This document shows, piece after piece, positions 1-10,221 of a stretch of DNA of 64,000 nt. A program made the position numbers and the translations under genes. Numbering within the stretch: position 1 is the stretch's first letter; each line of letters starts with the position of its first letter. Origin of the DNA: Massalongia carnosa (lineage: Eukaryota); contig OZ287081.1 of the NCBI GenBank assembly GCA_965645245.1, positions 620,001-684,000 of the forward strand, read 5' to 3'. The notes below the pieces were generated by a model that saw only the letters and a program-made list of their open reading frames with translations, did no database searches and was not told where the DNA came from.

Positions 1-495
1 AAATCCTAACTCCCGCCTTAGTAACCCGAAGTGGTAGTCTCGCGCAGCGAGAAATAATTCTATTTTGAAGCAATTTAAACCGTCAAATAGAGCATCCTTC
101 AACGAGTAGACCCGTGCCTGAATTGTCTGATTTGATGTGCTGTGAAGTGTAGGATCGCCGTGCAAAACCGACGCGCTTGGCCCTGGTCGTTGCGAAAGTC
201 GACATTTGCGCTTCGCAATCGAACCACAAAGGGGTTTTGCTAGAATTTTGAAACTGGGTTTGCTGAAAAGAGCTTCTTCTGAATAGAAGAAGCATCTTAC
301 CCGGAGTAGAATTAACGTAGCGCTGGTGGCGCGATACGTGGTGCAGTTGCACGCCTCGTCACAAGATGTCCCACCCAGTCACAGGAACGAGAAGGAGGTA
401 CTACGGGCACATTACGAGTGATCGCTTCTTAGTAGGAACGGTGTTACAGGCCTCCATGGCTAGTACTCGTAGAGAGAAAGAGAGGTACCATTGGC

Positions 496-3305
496 CTATC
501 TACAAAGCAGATCCTCTCCAGCGTCAATACGCTTAGAGATCTGATGTCCAGAGAGCCCCAAACTGTCAACTTCCCGCGCAATATCCCACGGATCCCTCCC
601 CTGCTCATTCGCCTTCCCCTGAAGGTACCGACGGATCCGTCTCTTGACGTAGAACCGCTGCCTCAGGGCAGGAGTGTACCTCCACTTAGCCCCGAAGAGG
701 CGGTCCAACTCGTCGAGAGACGTACGCCGGACCCCCTCCACCAACGTCCCCACCGCGAATTCCTCCAACACCGCCTCCGCCGAGGTCACGCCGCCGAGAA
801 TGGGCTCCGCCGGGCAGCCAGGAGGACGTTGAGGCGGCCCCTCTTGGGGGAGGGAGCCACAGGGCGCAGAGACCGTAGACGCCTCTCCGGGGACGGAAGT
901 GAGGACGACAGAAGGTGTAGGAAGGAGAGAAGCGGCTGCGTCGACGTACGAGGACGCCGACGCAGCAGGCTCTTCACCAACGGAGTGCGCCGCCGTCGCA
1001 AGAGCAGTCGCCTGCCCTCGCCAAGAAGCCTCGTCCAGCAGCCAGTCCCTCCGAACAGCCTCCACAGGAACCGTCAGAAAGGATCGAGGTAGCATCGAGA
1101 CCGTGGCCTGCAACTGTGAGAGCTGCGAACCCAGGACTCGAGCTATCTCCTGGGCATTTGCCGCCGGCAGCGCACTCAAGGTGGTCGTCAGCTGGCTCTG
1201 CCCGGAGAGCAACCTCTCCACAGCGTTGAGCGTGCGATCTTGCTTGATCGCAACACCGCCGACCTTGTTACTGACGCCATCAACGGAGTCAGCAACAAGA
1301 GGCAGCACGCCGTGGATGGCCACGTGCAAAAGTTCCTTTTCTACGGCCTCCAACTCCCGTATCTTCGCCGCGAACGGAGGCCAAAGGGGATCTCTGAAAA
1401 CTTGGTGTCTCCAGAGCGAAAGCTCAGGAAACTGAGGCTGTAGAAGCGCCGCGTCTTGCAGGAAGACACAACGCAGCCGCAGCAACATCTCCAGAACCTT
1501 CTTCCCTGCCTTATCCGCATCAGGAAAAAGACCGCCTTTGTACGCCGCCAGAGCGTCATCCACCCAAGGCCACACCTGCCGCTGCAGGGCCAGATCCGGT
1601 GAGTGTTCTCCTCTTCTCAAAAAGTAACTCCCGGGGGAGTTGCCAAAGCCGGCGGCGCGACGCATGTAGACACGCGGCAGGCGAGTGAGGTAGTTAGTGG
1701 CCCAGACGCCACGTTCCCATCCGCCTGCTCTCATGATCTATAGTATTTGGTATAAGGGTAATGCTAGTAAGTATAAGGGGCCATGAATCGTAGACTACTT
1801 ACCTGGTCCGCGGGGACCTTCCACATGTCGGCCAGCCGTGACGAGGACTGCCGCATGGTGTGGACCGTCTTGGAGCTGTCGACGCCGACAGCATCCAAAG
1901 CCTGCTTAATCCATCGGGCCTGTGTTTTGTCGGAGATCTCCTCCTTAGATCGCGCCAGGCTCCCGGAGATGACCTTCGTGTAATACCACGAAGATCGATC
2001 CCGGAAGTCCGGCCGCTTCTCCAGGAGGAGGTCCCAGCGCAAGACGAGCCAGTGGGCGAGGGCGCCGAGAGGACAGAGGACGACATCTCTGCTCCGCAAA
2101 GCACCATGGTAATGCTGGCGGCGCGAGTTGCCCCCGTCCGCTAGAGGAATGCTCTTGCCCCGGCCAATTCGAAGGATCAACGCAAGGCATTCGGACCCCT
2201 CGTTAGGGAGGTCGTAGGCGCAGAGGTCAGGTAGCTCAGCCCTCCGCGTTGACTCCCCCCGCAGCATCATCGAATGCATTAGGAGGAAGTCGAGGCGAGT
2301 CCGCAGGAAGTGCCACTCGCCGCCCGCCACGCCCTCCTCCCCCAAAACCTTGCCCCCGGCGAGCAGCATTGCCGACAACTGAGCGGCCTGCTCAGTCGTG
2401 TAGCCGTTGGTGAGGCCGTGGATCGCGCGATCTTCGAACGAGGCCCGCTTGAAAGCGCTCCAATCGATGCGTAAGCGCGTCATCAGGGCTTTGGTGGCCT
2501 TTCCTCTGGGATGGGGCACCACCAAATTCTCTTCGAGATGCTGGTCATCGAAGAGGGCGCAGAGGGCAGAGACGTAGCCCGATTCCACGCTATCGGGCGC
2601 CAGGGGCCGGGATAAAGGGTCGTCGGCTTGCTGCAAGACGAGTCAGTAAGCTACAAAAAGATGATTCTATCCCTGAATTCGAGTTCAGGGGGCGACTCAC
2701 CGTCTCAACGAACTCCTCGCCGTCGGAGAATTCCTCGAATTTTTCCACCTCCTCCCCCTCCTCTCCCTCTACCGCTGGCGAGGCTTCCACCGCCTCCATC
2801 GCCTTCCCCTTCCCCCTCTTCAACGCGCGGCGCTTAGCCTGCCGTTGGCGATTCTGATCCCGCCGCCTGGCCTGCGCTGCTGCGCCTGTGAGCTTGGGAC
2901 GTGGGACGAAGCGCAGGCGGAGGACGACCTCTTCGAGGAAGAGGAGCATCTTCCGCTCCCACACAAGGACGCCGTCAGGAAAATTGCGACGTCAGCACCA
3001 CTTCTGTAGGATGTTAGCGTGGGCCCAAATTTGCAGGGCATACCTATCGTAGTCACCTCCCATAGATGCCAGCACTTGCGGTACGTCTTAAGGGTGTTGG
3101 CCCTCCGATCCTCCTCCCGCATCCCGCGGACGCGCCTCATGGTGGCGGCCATGGCGGCCTCGTTGTTGCCGTGGGTGGCATAGGCCTGAGACTCACGCTT
3201 GACGGCGTCGACATCAACGTAAGCCTCAGGAGGAGGCCAAGAAAGAGGCGCCGCCGTCTCCGGATCTGCGACAGCGGGGCCTGCAGCGGAGGGGCCCGGG
3301 TCCAT
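496..3305 (-). mobile_element. CryptonF-type tyrosine recombinase gene (Ndc10-like YR domain + C-terminal GCR1_C-like domain); 4 exons, ~873 codons, one premature TGA
   Basis: Exons 3305-3057, 3003-2701, 2630-1803 and 1737-496 are joined by phase-0 GT-AG introns 3056-3004, 2700-2631 and 1802-1738. The spliced product has the YR catalytic set R (MLRGESTR), HxxR (HTMR), W (AGGW) and Y (ATNY), plus a GCR1_C-like end (SLDELDRLFGAKWRY...RFYVKRRI). In-frame TGA at 2994-2992 (KWC*RRNFPDG). Visibly more GC-rich than the flank beyond ~3600. Element termini not located. Confidence 0.88.
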
Positions 3306-4578
3306 CGTGCGGCCGCCAAAGAGGGTATCCGTGGTGTGTAGAACGCTCGTTGATCAGCAAGTCGCTCGCGGCGCAAAACGGGGACAGGCAGGCTTTTTGC
3401 AGTTCGACTGAATGGGTCGAGGAGAGAAAATCGTGGTATGGAGCTTGGTCACGGGCGATGTTGTCCATATACAGCGTGACGATTTTGCAGGGTCACGCCT
3501 ATAAGTGGGTTTATACCCCAAAGTCACAGGCGATAAGGCCACTTTGCGAAGGACCGCCAAGCCAGCCATTTTTACGCTAAATCTCAACCCCGCGGCCCCA
3601 AAAAAAAAATCTGCCTCGGATAAGTCAGCTAGTCAGCAGCTCCACCTACGGTTGCCCTAGATGGACCGATCAAGCTTAGCTTGTCCCGACGGACCAAGCA
3701 TCTATGGTTTCCGTATGTAGATGGGGCCGAAATACTTTCCTCCAGAACTTTCAGAAGACTTTTTTCGTACGATTTCTCTTTTAAAAATAATCAATACATG
3801 CAAGCAAAAAGAGTCGGTCGTTAAAATGTCGGAAAACTCGTAATAATATATGATTTATTACGAATATTTGATCGTAATTTTGAATTTTACGCTCAGACGT
3901 GTTATTGCAGTCATGTTAGTTAGTTGAAACGCTAATTTGAAGCCTTAACGAAATAGGCTAATCCGAAGGGGCTTTAGACGGTTGTACTTAAAGCCACGCA
4001 CGACCGTAATGTAGCCGTTAATCGAACACCCCTTAAGCCCATATCCAGTTAGATTATTTTTCAAACACTCTGTGCCAAGGCATATAACGCTAGCTTTTTT
4101 AGGGGTTTTCCCCATCTCCGTTGGGTAGCCGTATTGGTAAAAAGGGCGTCCACAAGCCATCAGATGCAAGAATCCTTGTTCTATCATCCGGATCTAAGTT
4201 AGCTAACCCTTTCGGAGGTTTCACTACTTCTGTTGTACTGCCACTATTATAAACCCGCCATACCCCATACCCGGTGACCCGTTCCCGGGTACGGGTAAAA
4301 AGTTGGTTTACCTGGCATCCCCTTTTCAGACTAACCAGATCAGGCTTGATAACTTTAATTGATAGTATCTCTAACTCTAAGCTGGTATTAAGCCTGATTT
4401 GGTTAGTCAGAAAGGGGGACAGATTGGATGATTTCACATCATGCATCTGGAATAAAGGTTTTCCGTACACATTTGGGTGTCGTCAGTTCGTGATTCGAAA
4501 GGCATAGAATATGTGCTTCAGTTCTATTACTTTCGAGTTGGAAAAAAAAGCCTTCTAGATAGGTTTGAATCTGTTGTA

Positions 4579-4969
4579 GATTCCAGAGGGGTTCTGATAC
4601 CGGGACACCCTTTTTCACTTCCTTGACACCCTCATTCTTTAGGTTAACACCCTCAGGTAAGCTAATCAAATCAGGTTGTTTATTCGTTTCGGAGCTGGAA
4701 CTTAAAAATTTTTTACTTGCATCTGCATGCACTCATTAATCAATCATTATTCTGCTGTCATTATGAATATTGCTCCTCTCACCCACCTGCTGAATGAATT
4801 ATATGAAGAAGGCTTTGAGAAGTTCCATCAAATAGAGAAAGTTTTCTTTAGTTCTTGGTGCGCCCGCGGGAAATATATACCTGATTGCCTACTGCAGGTG
4901 TTAACCTAAAGAATGAGGGTGTCAAAGTAGTGAAAAGGAGTGTCCCGTTATTAGATCCCTTCTAGAATC
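4579..4969. mobile_element. MITE-like relic: ~73-bp imperfect terminal inverted repeats around a ~245-bp noncoding spacer
   Basis: 4579-4651 (gattccagaggggttctgataccgggacaccctttttcacttccttgacaccctcattctttaggttaacacc) is the near reverse complement of 4897-4969, including a perfect stretch ttgacaccctcattctttaggttaacacc. No TSD recognised. Confidence 0.7.
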
Positions 4970-4999
4970 CAGAGAACCTTTTAGGTTTTGGTCCAGTCA

Positions 5000-6150
5000 C
5001 GTTTGCAAGCTGTGCATTAACTTGTCAGGGATAATCTGCGAGCAAGAAAGATACGCAGTCTCATCCTCATATCTACTTGATTAACCTGTTGAGGAAGCTT
5101 CTCGGACCAACTAGAGTCTCGGCCTCCGTAGTCAACTCGGTCAATTCATGAGAGGTAATGGCATGGCAAAGTAATAGGGAGACCCTATGATGGAGGTTAG
5201 GCCATCTTACGCTCTCTCCGGATTTATCCTGAAACATGGACCGTAACCTATAAACAAGGGGAATACTTTCAACATCAGGTTGTAAGACAGATCGTTAGAT
5301 TTGACGGTAAACGAGGCTGAGAGTAACCTTAGGAGACTTGGGAAGGGCCAACGATACAGGACAAAGATATCCTGCAATAGAGGCACCTCTTTGAAGTCAA
5401 GGAGATCAAGTCTCCGTATGCACATACATACAGCAGGATCCCACTTCTATGTCAGATAATAGCATTTATTCACAGCCTCCTTCTTTTCTTTACTGTTCTC
5501 CATGCTGCGGTTGCTAACTGCTCATGCCCTGAGACTAGCTAGGGATTTGAACTGCTGCGAGACTGTACATCGGTATCAAGGCAACTAAACATAAATGAAA
5601 GTTTGATGTAAGAAGTAACAGTAACAGAGTAAGCTTACTTAGTATATCTGAAGCCAGCAGTTTAAGCTTTTGGTATCAATTAACTGAATATTAAACATAA
5701 ATTCTATAACTGGGCAGCAATGATGCTGGATTTCCAAGCAAAGCGTAGATACTTGAGATTTCAGGTTTAGTAAAGCCGTAGACCGGGAAGTGCGGTGATA
5801 TCCACGGAGAACAACACTTGAACAAAGCATGTAATACACCACGTGTGCATTCTATTAATATCTTATCGGGTTGGAAGAATTTCTGACCAATGGCTGTAGA
5901 ATAGATTATATTCCATAGGTGCATCTAGCGAATCTGTTGGACCGTGATAGATTTTAAAGATGTGTATGCTTGTAAACGCCTTTAGAAAGCTTGCTTTAAA
6001 CCAAGGGAAGAAACCCGACAAAGGAGTTTGCGGGGCTGACAGAGAAAGCCATGACGAAACACAGAATAGGTTTCTTAAGGTTAGCCTTGAGGAAGTAACT
6101 TCTTGGTGGCTATGGTTAAATACTGAAAGGATTGTGGTGTACAATATCGT
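5000..6150 (-). pseudogene. possible decayed gene relic, unidentified
   Basis: Several short broken minus-strand ORFs and an intron-like GTAAGC...TTTAG segment (~5639-5585) in TA-rich sequence. No recognisable family. Confidence 0.25.
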
Positions 6151-6279
6151 GAGGTCCGTAACTCGTTGACTACTTCAGGGCCTGAACCTACTAATGAATA
6201 ATTCCAAACAGAAAACCCTTCGTATCTTGAGTACGCAAGCTATAAGTTCCTAAGTTGCAGAACGAAAAGATGGGCTCAT

Positions 6280-7059
6280 TCAATCATCCCTTTTCGAAAA
6301 ACTTCGGGTCCGCATTGGAGGGGTGGTCAGTTTATCATTCCAAGGATTGTATGGGGCAGCTATGACATGTTCTGGCGGTCGTATAAGTTCTTCATCTCTC
6401 CGAGGCTGACCTGGATTAGGTCTCGCCTGTTGCTCGCCATGCAATTTGTCAAGAGATTTGCCAACGATGTGATATTTTGCCCAGTTGATCGGCGGAGTGC
6501 GTACAATATCTTGTGGGCCTGGTATAATAACAGACTTGGGAGTTTTAGACTGCGGCCGGTCATCATCTTCATCAGAGTACCAGGGGGACTGTGCAAATCC
6601 AATGCCAGGCTCTTTGTCCTGGCTTTCTGGGTCCGAACCTGCGGAGAATATACCAGTAGAAGACGTCTTCACCTTGCCCGCGACAACATCAGCAATAAAT
6701 GCTTCTGGATTAGCCAATGCGACTTTTTTCTGCTGCTCTAGGGTTTTCAGATCTCGGAGAGTTTGTTGCCTCTGAATTTGAAGGATGGATATTGCCGAGC
6801 GCAGCGCAATGGCATCTGAGTTTTCACTTTCCGTAAGCGAGAGTAATGGCCGCTGTTGTGTAGTATCTGATGGAGGAGCTGACGAATAGCTGGTGTTATT
6901 TTCGTAGAGCCTGGTTGCTGACATTATGGGTGTTATGGGAGAATATGGAGGTGGAGAAGGAGAGGTCGATCGATGAGCGCTGTTCTCATGATCCATTAGG
7001 GTGTTGTTTGAATAAGATGATTCATTTGTAGCTAGTCTTAACATCGGCAACGCAGGCAT
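6280..7059 (-). CDS. hypothetical protein (259 aa) of a type seen in filamentous fungi
   Basis: Single ATG-initiated ORF with a coiled-coil-like segment (DAIALRSAISILQIQRQQTLRDLKTLEQQK) and a motif-like block (QDIVRTPPINWAKYHIVG). Confidence 0.75.
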   Translation of the reverse strand: MPALPMLRLATNESSYSNNTLMDHENSAHRSTSPSPPPYSPITPIMSATRLYENNTSYSSAPPSDTTQQRPLLSLTESENSDAIALRSAISILQIQRQQTLRDLKTLEQQKKVALANPEAFIADVVAGKVKTSSTGIFSAGSDPESQDKEPGIGFAQSPWYSDEDDDRPQSKTPKSVIIPGPQDIVRTPPINWAKYHIVGKSLDKLHGEQQARPNPGQPRRDEELIRPPEHVIAAPYNPWNDKLTTPPMRTRSFSKRDD

Positions 7060-7986
7060 AGCTTCAAAGGAGTATATCTCTAATTACCGCATGTGCACAC
7101 CTAGCTTGGCTCTGTGAGTTGAAGTTATTTCGAAGACAGGCTAGTCTATTCTAAATCTAGCTAATTCAGCCTTGCAATAGGGCTGTCTCGTGCGTAAAGA
7201 TAAACCAACGTCACTCCAGCCCATCATTACATACACATAATTTGATCTTGTTGCTGTTTATGCGCCTGATCACGAAAGGGGTTCATTGATCAACTGCGAA
7301 TAATCCTTATTCATTGACTCACTGGCATCAATGCTGGTCAAGACGGATAAAGATGTTTATTATATCTGTATGGAATCTGCAAATTTACCAGTAGCCTGCG
7401 AATTTTAACGAACACTGCTGTCCATTCTCTCTCCACCATTCACATAGGAACCTATGTTGTACTATCCAAAACTCTCGACGCTGGGGATATCGTAATCCAG
7501 GTCGCTGTAGTAGAAGCGACTTGAATGAGGCGTTTTAGTCATTCTCATGACCCTTGCTATTTTTCTCTTCCCCCGGTCAAGATTTTGGACTTATCTCTCC
7601 CCTCCGATGAATTGGCTGCACTCAACTAAACAGTGACTTCCGTCCTAAGGATCTGCCAAATATCAGCTAAAGCAGCGTGTGTTGGTTGCTGCATGAACAT
7701 AGTTGAACATGTGGTTTTACTCGTCTCGAATCTAGAAGCGGGAATGATTCCTTCGTGCAGCTTGATAACTGCTGTGTCAGGCTTTCGTCAGCAGTCATTA
7801 CCTCGTGACTAAAACACCAGAATAAGGCTCCACCGCATTGATCATCCATATCACCTCCGAGGTAGGCGCTTTGGCAGTGAACCGTGCAAACGTGTTTAGA
7901 GTCCATCCTACAATCTTATGAAAGCACACACCAGTTTGGGTACACCTCCTCGATTCTCAGGGAGAAGATGCCTATGTAGACTGCCT

Positions 7987-10221
7987 TTAGTCTAATATAT
8001 AATCTTGGGTGTCTAGTCCCTCAAATCGCCAGAACCCACGCCTCCGACCAAGGCAGTGCAGAAGCTCGCAGTTTTCTGCAACATCTCCTGTTCTCGAAAC
8101 TCTCCAGGAGATGGCTTCTTTTCGATAAGTCGAAACAATCGCTTGGTCGCCCATTTCAGTGAAAGGGGTGAATATTAGGTCTCCCTTCTTGCAAGACTCA
8201 AACCATACTCGGGGCTCTGCATAGTCTGGACATTTCATCGGAATACCTGCGATTAAGGAACCATTTTCGCAAACCTGTTCGATGATTCGCCTGTCCATGG
8301 TTGGACCATGTCCATCCTCTTTTAGTATTAAGGATGTGGCATACAATCGATTTCTGACGTCATGCTCATCAAATGTCGGTGGCTTGTTTGCTTCAGACTC
8401 AGAGTTAAAAGCGCCAAATATGGTTTCAAAGGAGTATGGTCGAGGAAGGCCATGTACATCCCATCCGTAGCTTGATCTCCTAGATGGTTGAAAGAAGCCC
8501 CATAAAGTCTTCACTAAGTCGGTGAACCCCATTTCCATAAGCTCATGAAGTAAAGTCCAGGCAAACTCACGTATCAAGGGCTTCTGCCGTTCGCGCTGTT
8601 TCTGTCTCTCCTTAATAGATGACCCATCTTCACTAACTTGAAGATCGAGTTCCGTCTGCCATATGGGGGCAAACTGCCCCTTCGTCTTTGGTACTCTGAT
8701 CCAGTGCTTCATTTTCCACAATATACCACAGACTTTCAATCCATATAGCGAGAGAGTTGATGGCTTCAGGCGGAACATGGCACCGCCTTCTTCGAGATAT
8801 GTGATATTGCTCAAAGATCCTGAAGGCTTGGGTCCCCATGAAAAGCCGTACGTATTTGAGGATAAGTCGTGATCATCATTCTGATAAAGGAGTTTAGTGG
8901 TTCGACCGTTCCGGGCCAAGTCAATAACCCAATCTGAAGCGCCGTGCTTGCTTGAAGGGCCTTGATCATTAGCTTGGCAGCCTACAAGCAAGGACATATC
9001 TCCATTAAGAATAGCTAAGGTAAGAGCACAGGTAGAAAACGAATAGGATAATTTTTCCAAAACTATGGAATCTATTCTGACTTCATAATTACATATGTTT
9101 GCCAAAATTGCCAACCGATCTGAGAAGACGGAGTTGAAACGATCATCAAGGAAAGTTACAGCCTCCGCAGCATTGCATTGTTGGCGATGAGAGGCATCCT
9201 TCTCCGGTGAATCTGGATAAATCGTGGGGATCAAATTCCAGAGCACATCAGCACAGTTTGAAGCATTGATCGCGGAGCTAGTGTCGCTCCAGGCTCCGGC
9301 ATCAAGATATTCCTCAATTAAATTCCTCGTGTTAACCATGGCAAACTGAAAGTCCCGGATAGTAATTTCAAGTTCTCCAGGGGAGGGACCAAAGAAAGAA
9401 TGCTTATCAAGACCAGGACAACCAATAAGTAGCATCATGGTTACACCAGCTGAAGTTGACTCTTGCAAAGTCCATGCGCGTGAGAACCACGGATCTTCGG
9501 AGAGAACTGCAAGCACTTTTGCCAAGACCTCAACCTGGACCGGATTAAAATTGAAAGAATCTGGATCCACCACCGACGCGAAAACATCAAGCTCAGCCTG
9601 CGTTTCCAAAAAGGATTCTAGCACAGCAATAGGATAACGGGAATCTTGATAGACGATGTCCATGGCTTGTATGGCTTGTTCTTTGTCAATCGGATCGTCC
9701 TGATTTATACACTCCTGATCAATCCAAATAGCATTGACGCCTTGGTGCTCGGCATAGGTAAGTGTGCGGTGGAGCACATCAGATGGAACAGTACTGGGCC
9801 TTATACTAACATCATCTTGCTTAATTAAAACTTTAATTTCCTCAGTAAACCACTCAATATCCTCCCTATTCCAGCAGTATGACACTGCGATGTATGCTGC
9901 CGAATTTGCAAGGATTGATCTATCGGCTAGTTCCAAGATAGCCTGAGAAGTAGTCTTGGTATATGGGAGAGAATCTGTTGTGCCTGCCCGCACCGATGAT
10001 AGACTCTCTCCTGATGAATGATGATGTGTTGTTCTATCATCAGGGTGATCCATGGTCAAAAAACGCATCTTGCTAACCCAGTCTTGCGCCTGTGATCGAC
10101 GAGAGCTGTGCCTTGCAATATCCACCATCTGCTGCCGCATTTTGTATTGGGACGGAAATATATCACAAAAACTTTGATAAACATCATCTATCTGGCTTGA
10201 TGGTTGAACACAGTCTTCCAT
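7987..10221 (-). CDS. heterokaryon incompatibility (HET) domain protein, 744 aa, no NACHT or repeat domain
   Basis: The three HET-domain blocks are present: YIAVSYCW, IWIDQECINQDD..KEQAIQAMDIVY and WFSRAWTLQE. Uninterrupted ORF. Confidence 0.9.
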   Translation of the reverse strand: MEDCVQPSSQIDDVYQSFCDIFPSQYKMRQQMVDIARHSSRRSQAQDWVSKMRFLTMDHPDDRTTHHHSSGESLSSVRAGTTDSLPYTKTTSQAILELADRSILANSAAYIAVSYCWNREDIEWFTEEIKVLIKQDDVSIRPSTVPSDVLHRTLTYAEHQGVNAIWIDQECINQDDPIDKEQAIQAMDIVYQDSRYPIAVLESFLETQAELDVFASVVDPDSFNFNPVQVEVLAKVLAVLSEDPWFSRAWTLQESTSAGVTMMLLIGCPGLDKHSFFGPSPGELEITIRDFQFAMVNTRNLIEEYLDAGAWSDTSSAINASNCADVLWNLIPTIYPDSPEKDASHRQQCNAAEAVTFLDDRFNSVFSDRLAILANICNYEVRIDSIVLEKLSYSFSTCALTLAILNGDMSLLVGCQANDQGPSSKHGASDWVIDLARNGRTTKLLYQNDDHDLSSNTYGFSWGPKPSGSLSNITYLEEGGAMFRLKPSTLSLYGLKVCGILWKMKHWIRVPKTKGQFAPIWQTELDLQVSEDGSSIKERQKQRERQKPLIREFAWTLLHELMEMGFTDLVKTLWGFFQPSRRSSYGWDVHGLPRPYSFETIFGAFNSESEANKPPTFDEHDVRNRLYATSLILKEDGHGPTMDRRIIEQVCENGSLIAGIPMKCPDYAEPRVWFESCKKGDLIFTPFTEMGDQAIVSTYRKEAISWRVSRTGDVAENCELLHCLGRRRGFWRFEGLDTQDYILD

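Noticed and set aside
544..1443. Overlapping plus-strand ORFs (182, 178, 67 aa)
   Set aside because: Antisense shadows of the GC-rich Crypton exon; no motifs.
496..3305. Starship captain (DUF3435) recombinase heading a giant element
   Set aside because: The motifs and GCR1_C-like C-terminus fit Crypton/Ndc10-type YRs. The gene also points toward the window start, so any cargo would lie outside the window.
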